Source: Coprobacillaceae bacterium
Lineage (GTDB): Bacteria > Bacillota_I > Bacilli_A > Erysipelotrichales > Coprobacillaceae
Length of the DNA: 32,000 bases
Assembly (NCBI GenBank): GCA_963675515.1
Contig: OY776328.1
Coordinates: 1,440,001 to 1,472,000, forward strand
Direction: 5' to 3'
The position numbers and the translations under genes are program-made. Of this stretch, positions 17,136-26,606 are shown piece by piece. Below the pieces are notes generated by a model. The model was not told the DNA's origin. It searched no databases and was given only the letters and a program-made list of their open reading frames with translations. The stretch's first letter is position 1; the number at the start of each line of letters is the position of its first letter.

Positions 17136-18092
17136 GTGAAGACGCCGATTAAGCGGCGTGAGAGGACAAAGAAATTGGAACTTAAAAAAGAATACGGGCT
17201 TGAGTGTCTACCTTTGCCGATCAGTACAAAGTGTCAATTGGATTATTCGGGAATCGTCAATGTGGGCGACTTCATCAATAGTGATATTGATGAAATCATC
17301 AATTCGGGACTGCATGATGAGCAAGGTGTAGAGTATATTATAAGATGCCGCCAGCAAATGGCTAACGGAGAAATAAAAATACTTGGCCACTATCTTCATC
17401 GGGATTTTGAGGCTGGAGCTGATATGGGAGGCAAGTATTTCCGCCACAAAGATGGTTTGCGCTATCAAGACAAGGCGCTAAAAGAAATAATCGACGACGA
17501 GCATGACTTGAAAGAGTTGAAAGATTCCGGATTTTCATTACTTTCCCAATTGATCGGTTTTAAAACGAGTGATTATAAAGCATCGACCAAGCTGGAAGCA
17601 AAAAACAGAGCAAAAGTGATGAAGATGATCGCCAAAGTGGATCTCGTTCCAGCAACAACGCCCGACCCGGTCGAATCGTCAATGGGGGAAAGACTTTTCT
17701 ACAAGATATGGAACTGTCTTAATGAACTGGTAGGAGTGGAACTGGTAAACCATTACAAAGAGACAATCGATCTTTACGACGATTACATTGCAAACAACGG
17801 AGATGATTATAACCTGCTTGAATGCTATAATGACAAGAAACTGGGAAGTTACCTATTCAAGGAGAGATGCTTCCAGGAAATTATGCAAAGGTATATGTTT
17901 AAACTTCTCAAATCACACCAGTACGGATTGTCATTTGAAGAGATATCAGCCATGGTTCCGGTACTTTTCCAAGATTCGAGTGAATTAGGCGGATACATGA
18001 ATACGCTGATAGATCAACAGTTGATATCGCAGTTGATTCCAGGTCACTTTGTAGCTGGTGCACCGGATTTGATAAGTGGAATTTCTCGCCTG
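17136..18092 (+). pseudogene. family-A gene copy A2, N-terminal 319 codons, interrupted by an IS6-family insertion
   Basis: It aligns with A1, sharing the alpha-CTD-like modules, the YFRHKDGLRYQD versus FFHIDGLYYRD segment, and QYGLSFEEISAMVPVLF versus GYGLDLDMIIEKTPEVL. The frame runs into the IS inverted repeat and stops at 18125. The start is uncertain: GTG 17136, or TTG 17175 which lies 8 nt after gagagga. Confidence 0.8.
18085..18092. repeat. 8-bp target-site duplication (left copy) of the IS6-family element
   Basis: ctcgcctg at 18085-18092 is identical to 24072-24079 and lies immediately outside the IRs. Confidence 0.85.
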
Positions 18093-18130
18093 GGTAGTGT
18101 CAAATTCGTTATGGAAAAACAGTGATTTTT

Positions 18131-18391
18131 TCATAATAGAGTTTCGTGTTCGTTTTGTCGGTAATACCTAAGCGCTTCTTCCATGAGGATGTTCCACTTG
18201 TTTGGCATGTTATGAGTTTTCTTCAAACAATCCAATTCAACTGGTGGCTTGTATCCCAGGGAGGTGTGATTTCTTAGGAAATTGAAATATGTTGTGAACA
18301 GACACATGAAATCATTTGCGCCATCCAATGAGTTGAAGCCATTTTTGATCGCGTAGGTTTCTCCAAATGTTCTATTCAAACGCTCTATTAT
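18131..18391 (-). pseudogene. IS6-family transposase, C-terminal 86 codons (separated by the nested insertion)
   Basis: Reads IIERLNRTFGETY...FNFLRNHTSLGYKPPVE, which contains the catalytic E region. It joins in frame to 22693..23883 once the nested IS and one TTAT copy are removed. Confidence 0.8.
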
Positions 18392-18419
18392 CCGTAGTTC
18401 CCGGGTAGAGTTTCTAACC
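18392..18419. repeat. left terminal inverted repeat of the IS1634-like element
   Basis: See the element entry. The inner end carries the TTCTAACC motif. That motif is repeated in the internal palindrome gtggttagaagatattctaaccac (18517-18540), just downstream of an extended -10 (tgtggtataat). Confidence 0.75.
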
Positions 18420-18555
18420 ACTCTGCCTTTGCATTAGCCTGAATACGCGGAAACCCTTATATTTACTTGATTTTTTGACTTACGAACACTTCCTTTTTAT
18501 GCCAAATGTGGTATAATGTGGTTAGAAGATATTCTAACCACGAAGGGAGAAAACC

Positions 18556-19207
18556 ATGTTTATCGCTTATGATATCAAAAACGGAATTGAATATGGCAAG
18601 GTTTGCACCTCGATCCGTGAGGGAAAGAAAGTCAAGAAAACGTATACCAATCTAGGACGCGTTCTTGATAAAGAACGCGGAATCTTTCAGAACCGATCAC
18701 TTGGTGTGTTCACCTATTCCGTTGAAAACGGGTATGGCAAATCACCTGTGGATTTTGTACCCGATTCAAACGGAGACAGAGGAAAGATGAAACTTATCCT
18801 GGACTTCGGAGACAGCTTCTTCATCGATGAATATCTAAAACAAACAGGCTTGGACAAAGTAGTGGATGAGATCGGATACGGAAATCCGGATACCCTTAAA
18901 GCGATGCTTTCCTACTACATATTATGCAGCATGGCTAACTGCAACGCTATCGACTGGTTCGAAGGCAACTATGCGAGGATCCTGTATCCAAAGGCAAACC
19001 TTACCAGCCAGCGGATCAGTGATTTTCTTACCGCTATCGGGGATGAATATTCAGAGCGTGAATTCTTCAAGGCGTATTTGGAATTCCTGTTCAGTAAAGA
19101 CAACACGATCAAGGAAACCGGGATACTGATCGACAGTACCGGATTACCTAACGATATCCACTTTCCTCTGACTGCTATCAGTAACCATAACGGTCAGATA
19201 AGCAATG
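18556..19207 (+). CDS. IS1634-family DDE transposase, exon 1 (upstream of the group II intron)
   Basis: RBS gaagggag. The N-terminus MFIAYDIKNGIEYGKVCTSIREGKKVKKTYTNLGRV is typical of IS1634 transposases. The first catalytic D is in GILIDSTG. The frame is broken exactly where GTGCG begins at 19208. Confidence 0.8.
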
Positions 19208-21801
19208 GTGCGAAACGTTTCCCTATAAATGCCTAGGCATGAAATGGGAGGATTTTCCAATTGGAAAATCACAACTGAATATTCAACACTTGGAATGATG
19301 GCTGTCATGTTAGCCTGAAACAAGTAGTCTGATACTCCTACACGCATGAGGTTATAACAGTAAAATCATGTGTGAAGCTAGGTGAAGTCGGCTGAACGAT
19401 ACCTAAGTGATATTTCATATGGTAAAGGATAGGCCGGGACGCTATAAATTATCTATGGTGAGAATGTCCGTGTAAGGACTGACGAAACTGCGAATGTACG
19501 GGTCTAGAATATCGTGCTATTGAAAGATAGTATGTTGCGTGCGCAACGATGAATATCGAAAAGTAAGAGTCATTGCTATGAAATTCGAGATACTCAACGA
19601 TGAGGGTATAATTCATCAGGCTCATAGTAGTAACCTAAGGATAAATGTAAAGCTAGAATATTTGGAACGTTGTAAGCGAGAAACGTCTATCAAACGACTG
19701 TTATCGGGACGGTAACTATAAGTGGAAACGAAATGTTTTTATTCTCGTGAAAGTAGGGGCACAGTACCGATGAAGCCACGAAAAATGGTGGAGGGATAGC
19801 CCCAAGTCTGGTTCTTTAAAAATCAGTTACAGTTAAATGAAGCTCACAGGGTCTGGTAAGATGATGGGAAACAATTGTTCTAAATGAAAGGAATAATCCA
19901 TCGGTGAGCACGGAATTACGAAACAACGAATATTACAGTATGCAGGAAACTTTTGACTGGTTGTATCAAATGAGTTTAAACAATGATACTTACGGGATAG
20001 ATCTTTATGATCTGGTCATATCCAGGAATAATATACTTCTCGCCTATCGAAACATCAAAAGCAATACCGGAAGCCACACAAAAGGCACTGACGGCCTTAC
20101 TATTGATGATTACAAGATAGAAAATGTTGAGAGATTTATTCAGGATATTAGACTATCGCTATTGGACTATAAGCCAAAGACGGTAAGAAGAGTAGAAATA
20201 CCCAAACCTAATGGGAAATTACGACCATTGGGAATACCGACGATGCATGACAGACTGATTCAACAGATGTTCAAACAGATACTTGAACCAATCTGCGAAG
20301 CGAAGTTTCATAAGTATTCATACGGTTTTAGAGCCAATCGCTCAACCCATAATGCTTTGTCAAGATGTTGCCATATCGCCAATATGACGCACAATCACTA
20401 TGTTGTTGATTTGGATATCGAATCGTTCTTTGACAATGTCAATCATACCAAGTTAATCAAACAACTTTGGAATATCGGCATCAAGGACAATCAGGTACTG
20501 ACGATTATAAGTAAAATGCTGAAAGCTCCCATAAAAGGAGTAGGTGTCCCACACTGTGGGACACCACAGGGCAGGAGTGCTTTCGCCATTACTTTCAAAC
20601 GTAGTGTTGAACGATCTGGACTGGTGGATAAGCAACCAATGGGAAACATTCAATGCGAATTACAAATATCCCTCAAATAAGTATAGTGCACTCAAGAAAA
20701 CCAATCTAAAAGAAATGTATGCGGTAAGGTATGCCGATGACGCGCGGATTTACACTTGCAGTTATAAAAATGCGGTAAGGATATATCATGCGGTCAAGGA
20801 ATATCTGAAGAAAGAACTTAAACTTAATGTTTCACCTGAAAAGTCAAAGATTACCAATCTAAGGAAACGTAGGTCGGACTATTTGGGGTTTGAAATGAAG
20901 CTGGTACCAAAGCGCAAGAAGTACGTTGCGAATACCTTTGTATCAGCGAAAAGTAAAAGAAAAATCAAAGCGGAAATAAGGAAAAGAGTTAAAGAGATAC
21001 AGCGTCAAACAATTTCCAAGAATATCCACAATTATAATTCATATATACTTGGGATAAGAAATTATTTTGAAGCTGCAACACATGTAAATATAGATTTTAG
21101 AAATGTTTACCATCAGACGCTCAAGACCTTATACAACCGATTGAAACCAATAGCCAAATATGAAGTACCCAGGAGTCCCCCACCGTTGTATAGGAAGTTG
21201 TTTAAGAATAACTATCGCACATTCACAATTGGAGCTATTTCATTGTTTCCGCTAGTCGATACGCAGTGGAAATTAAAAATGAACTTCAATCAGAACATAT
21301 GCAACTATACCCAAGAGGGGCGCAAATTAGTTTATAAACGATTAGAAAACAATGTAACCTCAGTTATGAAGAGGTTGTTGGAACTGCCAATTGAAGATGG
21401 AAGCGTGGAGTACCGGGATAACACAATCTCAAAGTATTCAATGCAAAAAGGGCGTTGTGGAATCACCCAATTGTTTCTAACGGCCGAGGAAATACACTGT
21501 CATCACATTGTTCCCATTGCAGATGGTGGAACCGATAATTTTGATAACCTAATCATTATTCACAAAGAAGTACATAAACTAATACACGGTAATAATCAGG
21601 AAACTGATAAAACGCTATTGAAAAAGTTCAATCTAAACCAAACACAGCTTAAAAAGATGAACATGTTGCGTAAGAGATGTAATTTAACTGAAATTAATTA
21701 AAAGAAGAATTAGATGGAACGCCGTGTGCGGTGAAAGTCGCATGCACGGTGTGGAGCGGGGGAAAAGATGGAGATAACATCAAAATCTTACCTATCGTTA
21801 T
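19208..21801 (+). mobile_element. bacterial group II intron (about 2.6 kb) with RT/maturase/HNH ORF in domain IV
   Basis: The 5' end is GTGCG (19208-19212). A domain V-like 34-mer gccgtgtgcggtgaaagtcgcatgcacggt lies around 21719-21752. The 3' end reads ..cgttat (AY) at 21801. Removing it joins the two transposase exons in frame (652+854 nt = 501 codons plus a stop codon) to give ..GQISNEVRLIYVTQQDTGMPIYF. Confidence 0.85.
19904..21701 (+). pseudogene. group II intron-encoded RT/maturase/HNH endonuclease, disrupted by a +1 frameshift near 20573
   Basis: RT motifs include RPLGIPTMHDRLIQQ and YADD (RYADDARIY). The C-terminal HNH part is HHIVPIADGGTDNFDNLIIIHKEVHKLIH. The conserved GTPQGGVLSPLLSN block is split: frame 1 reads GTPQGRSAF and frame 2 reads AGVLSPLLSN, with an extra nt in ggc-a-gga. 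Confidence 0.8.
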
Positions 21802-22655
21802 AGGTAAGGCTGATCTATGTGACCCAGCAGGATACCGGAATGCCGATATACTTCCGGTATTGTCCAGGCAACGTCATCGATACGCCTACATTGGTCAGAA
21901 CCATAGCTGAGTTGAAGGAAAGTGGCGTCAACACTAAATTTGCCATTCTTGATGCCGGATACTATTCGGATGGTAATCTCCTGCACTTATATGAGAACAA
22001 GATATCATTCGTCACAAGACTCAAGGAAAACCTGAAGCTGTACAAGCAGCTGGTAAATAACCATCTCGATGGTATCCAGGATAAAGAGAATTTCGTAAGC
22101 TATAACACCCGTTATGCCTATATCAAACGGGTTGAGTGCGAACTTGTTGAAGGGTATACCGGATATGCCTACATCGGTCTTGACCTTGATCGGAAATCGA
22201 GCGAAAGCCATAAGTTGTTCCAGAAGGCAAAAGATCAAAAACTCAGTGATGAAGACGTTTACGAGAAGATGAAAAACAAAGGAATATTCATTTTGGTCTC
22301 ATCGAGGCGCATAGCGAAGGATAAAATTTTACCGCTTTACTATACCCGGCAACAGGTAGAACAGATTTTCGACATCAGCAAGAACTACGCTGATCTATTG
22401 CCGTTGCGGGTACAAAATGAGGATACCTTCAGAGGTCATCTATTATTGACGTTCATCGCAACTGTGTTTTGTAAGATGGTTCAGGACAAGCTGAAGGGGA
22501 CCAAAATGAATCCTCAATCCTTGTTCCTGAACTTGCGAAACCAAAAATGCAAAGTATATGATAATGCCGTAATCACCCAAGAAGCTTTCAAGAAGGCGAA
22601 TGATTGCTACAAAACATTCGGTATTGAATGCCCGGTCAGAATACCGAGAACCTGA
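21802..22655 (+). CDS. IS1634-family DDE transposase, exon 2
   Basis: Continues as (E)VRLIYVTQQDTGMPIYFRYCPGNVIDTPTL...AILDAGYYSDGN, which holds the second catalytic D. It ends 6 nt before the right IR. Confidence 0.8.
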
Positions 22656-22660
22656 TTTGT

Positions 22661-22688
22661 GGTTAGAAAAGCCACCCGGGAACTAAGG
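22661..22688. repeat. right terminal inverted repeat of the IS1634-like element
   Basis: It is the reverse complement of 18392-18419 with 4 mismatches. Confidence 0.75.
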
Positions 22689-22692
22689 TTAT

Positions 22693-23883
22693 TTGTTTGG
22701 CAGGGCGATGTTCTTTTGATACAGGATCATCATTCGTAAGTCCAATTACTTGAGTCACTTTAAAAAATACTCTTTTGATTTGAAAATACTGTTGAGCGGC
22801 TTTATATATCGGATTTCCGTCAACAACGATCTCAAAGTCAGTCGGTAACTTTTTGAATTTTCTCATGACTGAATAAAAGGCATTTATAGCCGCAAAGGTA
22901 TCTCTTTTCATGAAAATTCGATACGAAGTTATTATTTTTTTCCTAACATCGCACATGAAAAATACATAGGCTTTTTTTCCTAAAACTTTGACGTATGTTT
23001 CGTCTCCGCAATGATACGAGTTCAAATCGTGCTTGTAGTTATCCATCCACGGAAATAGGAGATGGCTGGCTGCCTGAGCGTAGTTAGCTATTGTTTGATG
23101 GGATATTTTGATATCGTGAATCTCGTATAAAACCAAAGCGGTTTTTCTAAGAGACAGGCCATAATTAACGTAATACGTCAACGCTAGGCCTAAAACATGC
23201 TTAGAATTGTGGATTCTGGAGAGATCAACTTTTGATGGTGCTATTTTCAGCTGGATGCTTTCAAGTTTTTCGATTGAAGCATCGAAGACGCGGGTTATGT
23301 AGTGAAGCGAGAATTTAGAAGGATTTACCTTGTATTTCTTTTTATCTTCTTTTGTTAGTTTCTTCAACTCACTCTTATAGTGAGAACATCTAGAGTTTTG
23401 ACATTTATAGACATCAAAACCATCACGTGATTTGATCAACGTCAACTTGCGGCCGCAGTGAGGACACTTGCGGATCAATTGTTGCGAATAACTCTTATTA
23501 AGTGAGAAAGTCGTATCACAAACTTTGCACTTAACTTGGGATTTCTTGATTCCGTTGTTGAAAGTCAGGTATTCATGAGTGGCGCCGCAATGTGGGCAAA
23601 CAGTATCTTCAGATGGATAGTCTTTGCCTTCATGTCTAAACACCGGTTTCAAAGGTCGTTTATGTTTGGATTCATACTCATCCCTGGCCTGTTGAAATGG
23701 GATGGGGATTAATTGCGGTTCAATAACAGGAAGCGGATGCATTTTGAAACGACGATATGGTTCACTCTTACTTGAATCCGTACCATCACTGGGAAGATGC
23801 TTTAGCAGGAAACACTCAAATTTGTACAAAAATCTACGAATGATATTTAAAAAATTGATTATTAATGATATAATTTTGACCAT
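22693..23883 (-). pseudogene. IS6-family transposase, N-terminal 397 codons (two zinc-ribbon motifs plus first part of the DDE domain)
   Basis: CPHCG..CKVCD and CPHCG..CQNSRC motifs are present. HCGDETYVKVLGKKAYVF is the IS6 hallmark DETY(V/I)K, and VVDGNPIY holds the second D. The track ORF (22663..23883) ends inside the IR of the inserted element. Confidence 0.8.
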
Positions 23884-24071
23884 GGTAACAGTCCTCCTTA
23901 TTGTGGTTTAGACACTTACAATTATGAGGCTGTTACCTTTTTTTGTAAACAAAATGGTCAAATTATAGGGTGAAATCCGGGGGAATTCACCTAAATATAT
24001 AAAAAACCAAGGTAGAATGCGGTTTTCCAGTTAATTATGGTTGTAAATAACTAACTGGTTTTGACACTACC

Positions 24072-24079
24072 CTCGCCTG
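24072..24079. repeat. 8-bp target-site duplication (right copy) of the IS6-family element
   Basis: ctcgcctg, identical to 18085-18092. Confidence 0.85.
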
Positions 24080-24439
24080 TTGAACGAATCGGAAATGGAA
24101 GCGTTCATGCTCCGTCTTGAAAATATTGAAGTTAGAGACATTGCCGCCAAGTTGAATGTGAGCAAGTCACGCATCCACTACCTGCTAAGAAGGAGTTTCA
24201 ATAAAATCAAAGACAGTCAACCTGTTTTGATGATAGATGCATACATTGATATATTAAATAGATATGAGTTGTCTAAAGAAAAGTGGGAAGAAATCCTTGG
24301 TGGCGAACTTAATTATAACTACATGGAGTTGCGGCTTAAGTATGGAGGTTTTTATTACAGGTACGGTTATCCGATAAGTGAAATATCCCGCGCTTATTGG
24401 ATTCCAGAACCAATCAGGCAACATTTAATGAATTCTTAA
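24080..24439 (+). pseudogene. family-A gene copy A2, C-terminal 119 codons (sigma region-4-like HTH part)
   Basis: The first codon follows the TSD in the same frame as 17136..18092. LNESEMEAFMLRLENIEVRDIAAKLNVSKSRIHYLLRRSFNKIKD aligns with A1 LSELQYAILMKYVEGSSIEAIAS...ALFKSIKD. The downstream segment LNYNYMELRLKYGG aligns with RIYRYLDLNCRYGA. Confidence 0.8.
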
Positions 24440-24529
24440 GTGATTTCTAGTTGAAAATAATATAAAAGCAAACCAACTCACACTCATGTAATTATGCTGT
24501 TTAGAAAAAGAGGCTGGTTATTGGCATCC

Positions 24530-24739
24530 TTATAGGCTCGTCCCATCCGTTCGCTCATCAATGACAATTATCGTGATTTCATCATGAATGAAATTGCCGA
24601 TGTCACTGCTGAAGATCTTTAGGTGATTACCCCGCCACTGCTCCAGAATCATTGCTTTGAAGAAGCGGGGATCTTGGAGCTGGTGGTTGATAGGAAAATT
24701 GTCGAATCGAAAGAAGGAGGCGATGGTTTCAATATCCCT
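24530..24739 (-). pseudogene. startless ORF remnant with a Walker-B-like hhhhDE segment
   Basis: Minus frame reads RDIETIASFFRFDNFPINHQLQDPRFFKAMILEQWRGNHLKIFSSDIGNFIHDEITIIVIDERTDGTSL*. There is no start or RBS. Its protein-like composition suggests a fragment of a larger gene. Confidence 0.3.
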
Positions 24740-24920
24740 TCATTTATAGACTGTCCGGTAGACTGCTTGGACGAGCAGTATGGCAATTATGCCAAGGCGC
24801 ACACCAAAATGTCAAGTACGAAACAATCGCTCAAGAATTAAATTTTTCGCGCCGGCTAGTCGATGATAGTGATTAGAAAGCCTAGAGAAAACTTAGTTGG
24901 CAACGGTAATTCTTTAAAAA

Positions 24921-24944
24921 GGAGGCAGCGATATCGCTGCCTCC
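24921..24944. repeat. perfect 24-nt palindrome (hairpin), terminator-like on the minus strand
   Basis: ggaggcagcgat/atcgctgcctcc is flanked by A5 on both sides on the plus strand, which gives a T5 run after the stem on the minus strand. Confidence 0.5.
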
Positions 24945-25317
24945 AAAAATGGAAATTGGAGCGTATCCAGGGAATCCAGGCGAGGATTGGCGAAAAGATC
25001 GGGGAATAATATTAAAACAACCGAGCGGAGCAAATGCGGGTGAAAAGGTAATCCGGGACGCAATAAATGTTCCTGGCTGAAATGAAAACTTGATAGACTG
25101 TCTTGACATTGCACCAATCCTAAGTGATTCGATTGCCTTTAGTTGGGATTAGGACTTGCTTGAGGGAATGATGGAAAATGAGCTAAGTGTCAAACTGAAC
25201 GCTAGAGCGGGCCAGCAATCCCATCAACCATGATTGATTGGCAGTCCGTCAATCACTTGGACCTAAATAAATGAGACTCCAACAATGGTTATTGCCAGCC
25301 TTGTTTGCCTGATTTAG

Positions 25318-25346
25318 TTGACAAGACGACCTGTTTTCTTTAAAGT
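25318..25346 (+). promoter_or_regulatory. sigma-A-type promoter of the VanZ-like gene
   Basis: TTGACA (25318-25323), 17 nt spacer, TAAAGT (25341-25346), about 30 nt upstream of the RBS agggggaa. Confidence 0.55.
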
Positions 25347-25378
25347 TTACTTAACAAAATTGGTTAGGGGGAAACCTG

Positions 25379-25966
25379 ATGGTTGTTTTGGAAGTTGTAT
25401 TTGTGATATTCAAGGAAATCGCTTTATCGTTATTTAGTTATTTGAGCCAGTCGATTATCTTTGCGATCCTGATGGTGGTGGCGACTGTCTATTTTTATGA
25501 GCATGGTTTCAAGTCTGGTATCACCAAGGTATGGGGAATGGTTAAATCCAGCAGCCACTACCGTTATCTTGCTGCGTTCTATCTTTACATCTATTTGATG
25601 GCATTGCAGACAATCATCTCCAGGGAGGCTGAGTGGTGTGGCTGGTGCTATATCATGAATGACTGGTGGTTTTACTATTCCAACGGCGAGCTCAACTGCA
25701 ACTGGTTGTTGAACTATCTGCTTTTCGTTCCTTATGGCTATCTGCTGCTGGGGACGTTCGAGAAACTGGTGAAACAAGCAAGCTTGAAGAAGGTGATTAA
25801 GGTCAGCCTGAAATTTTCGTTTTTGACTTCTTTGGGGATTGAGGTCATACAATTGTTGTTTAGTGTTGGAACATTCCAATTGGCGGATCTGTGTTACAAC
25901 ACCTTGGGCGGGCTGAGCGGAGCAGTCCTGTACTGGTTTCTAAAAAGCCGAAAGAGCCAAGCCTAA
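25379..25966 (+). CDS. VanZ-like family membrane protein
   Basis: 195 aa with several TM helices. NYLLFVPYGYLL and SLGIEVIQLLFSVGTFQLADLCYNTLGGLSGAVLYW are typical VanZ-family segments. Confidence 0.8.
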   Translation: MVVLEVVFVIFKEIALSLFSYLSQSIIFAILMVVATVYFYEHGFKSGITKVWGMVKSSSHYRYLAAFYLYIYLMALQTIISREAEWCGWCYIMNDWWFYYSNGELNCNWLLNYLLFVPYGYLLLGTFEKLVKQASLKKVIKVSLKFSFLTSLGIEVIQLLFSVGTFQLADLCYNTLGGLSGAVLYWFLKSRKSQA

Positions 25967-26103
25967 CCATAAACGAATCGACCTTGTACTTTGATATATT
26001 AGAAATGAAACTCGACTATCGTTCGAAAAATTACAACAAATACCACTCATAAGCCTATAATTAACCGTATGTGTAATTATTTTCATGTATATCCCAAACG
26101 TTA

Positions 26104-26132
26104 TTGACTTTACAGGTGTGAAGTGGTAATAT
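26104..26132 (+). promoter_or_regulatory. candidate promoter of the EPS/CPS locus, followed by a leader of about 470 nt
   Basis: TTGACT (26104-26109), 17 nt spacer, TAATAT (26127-26132). No credible CDS lies between it and 26607. Confidence 0.45.
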
Positions 26133-26606
26133 CACCTAGTAATTTCACATGTTAAACCAATTTTCAAATATTGAAAACATGGTGGAATTAACTATTGTTT
26201 GAGAAGAGTTTTAAAAGCAGTAATGGGGAAAATTTGATTGGATGTCGGTTTTAAAAGGGACAAGACAGGCATCGGAATTGTTTGTGATGTGAAATTCATC
26301 TAATTGCCTTGTAGTAGGGGTATTGGAAGAGCAATCACCGCATCATTCCATAAGTGAATCAGGGCAATATTTTGTCAACACAACATCATATTAAATCGCC
26401 AATCAACCCGAACTGGACTGTTTTTAACGACAATTTGAGGGGATAATTATGAGAGAAATCAAGGCGACACATAAGTTATTGAATATGGGATAGGAAGATA
26501 ATCGGACAACACCGGGATAAGGTTGGGGTTCGGGAGATTTTGCTATCCCTTTTGATTATATATGGATTGGCTTGACTAGAGTATTACAAAGAGAAGAGGG
26601 GAGATT

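Larger units (their letters stand above)
18392..22688 (+). mobile_element. IS1634-like (IS4 superfamily) insertion sequence carrying a group II intron
   Basis: The 28-bp IRs ccgtagttcccgggtagagtttctaacc (18392-18419) and ggttagaaaagccacccgggaactaagg (22661-22688) match at 24 of 28 positions. A TTAT direct repeat lies at 18388-18391 and 22689-22692. The element is 1703 bp without the intron. Confidence 0.8.
18093..24071 (-). mobile_element. IS6-family insertion sequence carrying a nested IS1634-like element
   Basis: Terminal inverted repeats are ggtagtgtcaaa (18093-18104) and tttgacactacc (24060-24071). It is flanked by a perfect 8-bp direct repeat, the size typical of IS6. About 1.68 kb remains once the nested element is removed. 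Confidence 0.85.

Noticed and set aside
19904-21701. Reverse transcriptase as a retron, DRT or Abi-type defence RT
   Set aside because: The RT is embedded in a complete group II intron. It has a GTGCG 5' end, domain V, an AY 3' end, a maturase X region and an HNH domain, and excision restores the host ORF in frame. No msr/msd-like repeats or effector gene are present.
24882-25117. Overlapping 75-aa and 67-aa minus-strand ORFs
   Set aside because: They overlap each other in two frames, span the 24-nt palindrome, and lack RBSs. I consider them spurious.
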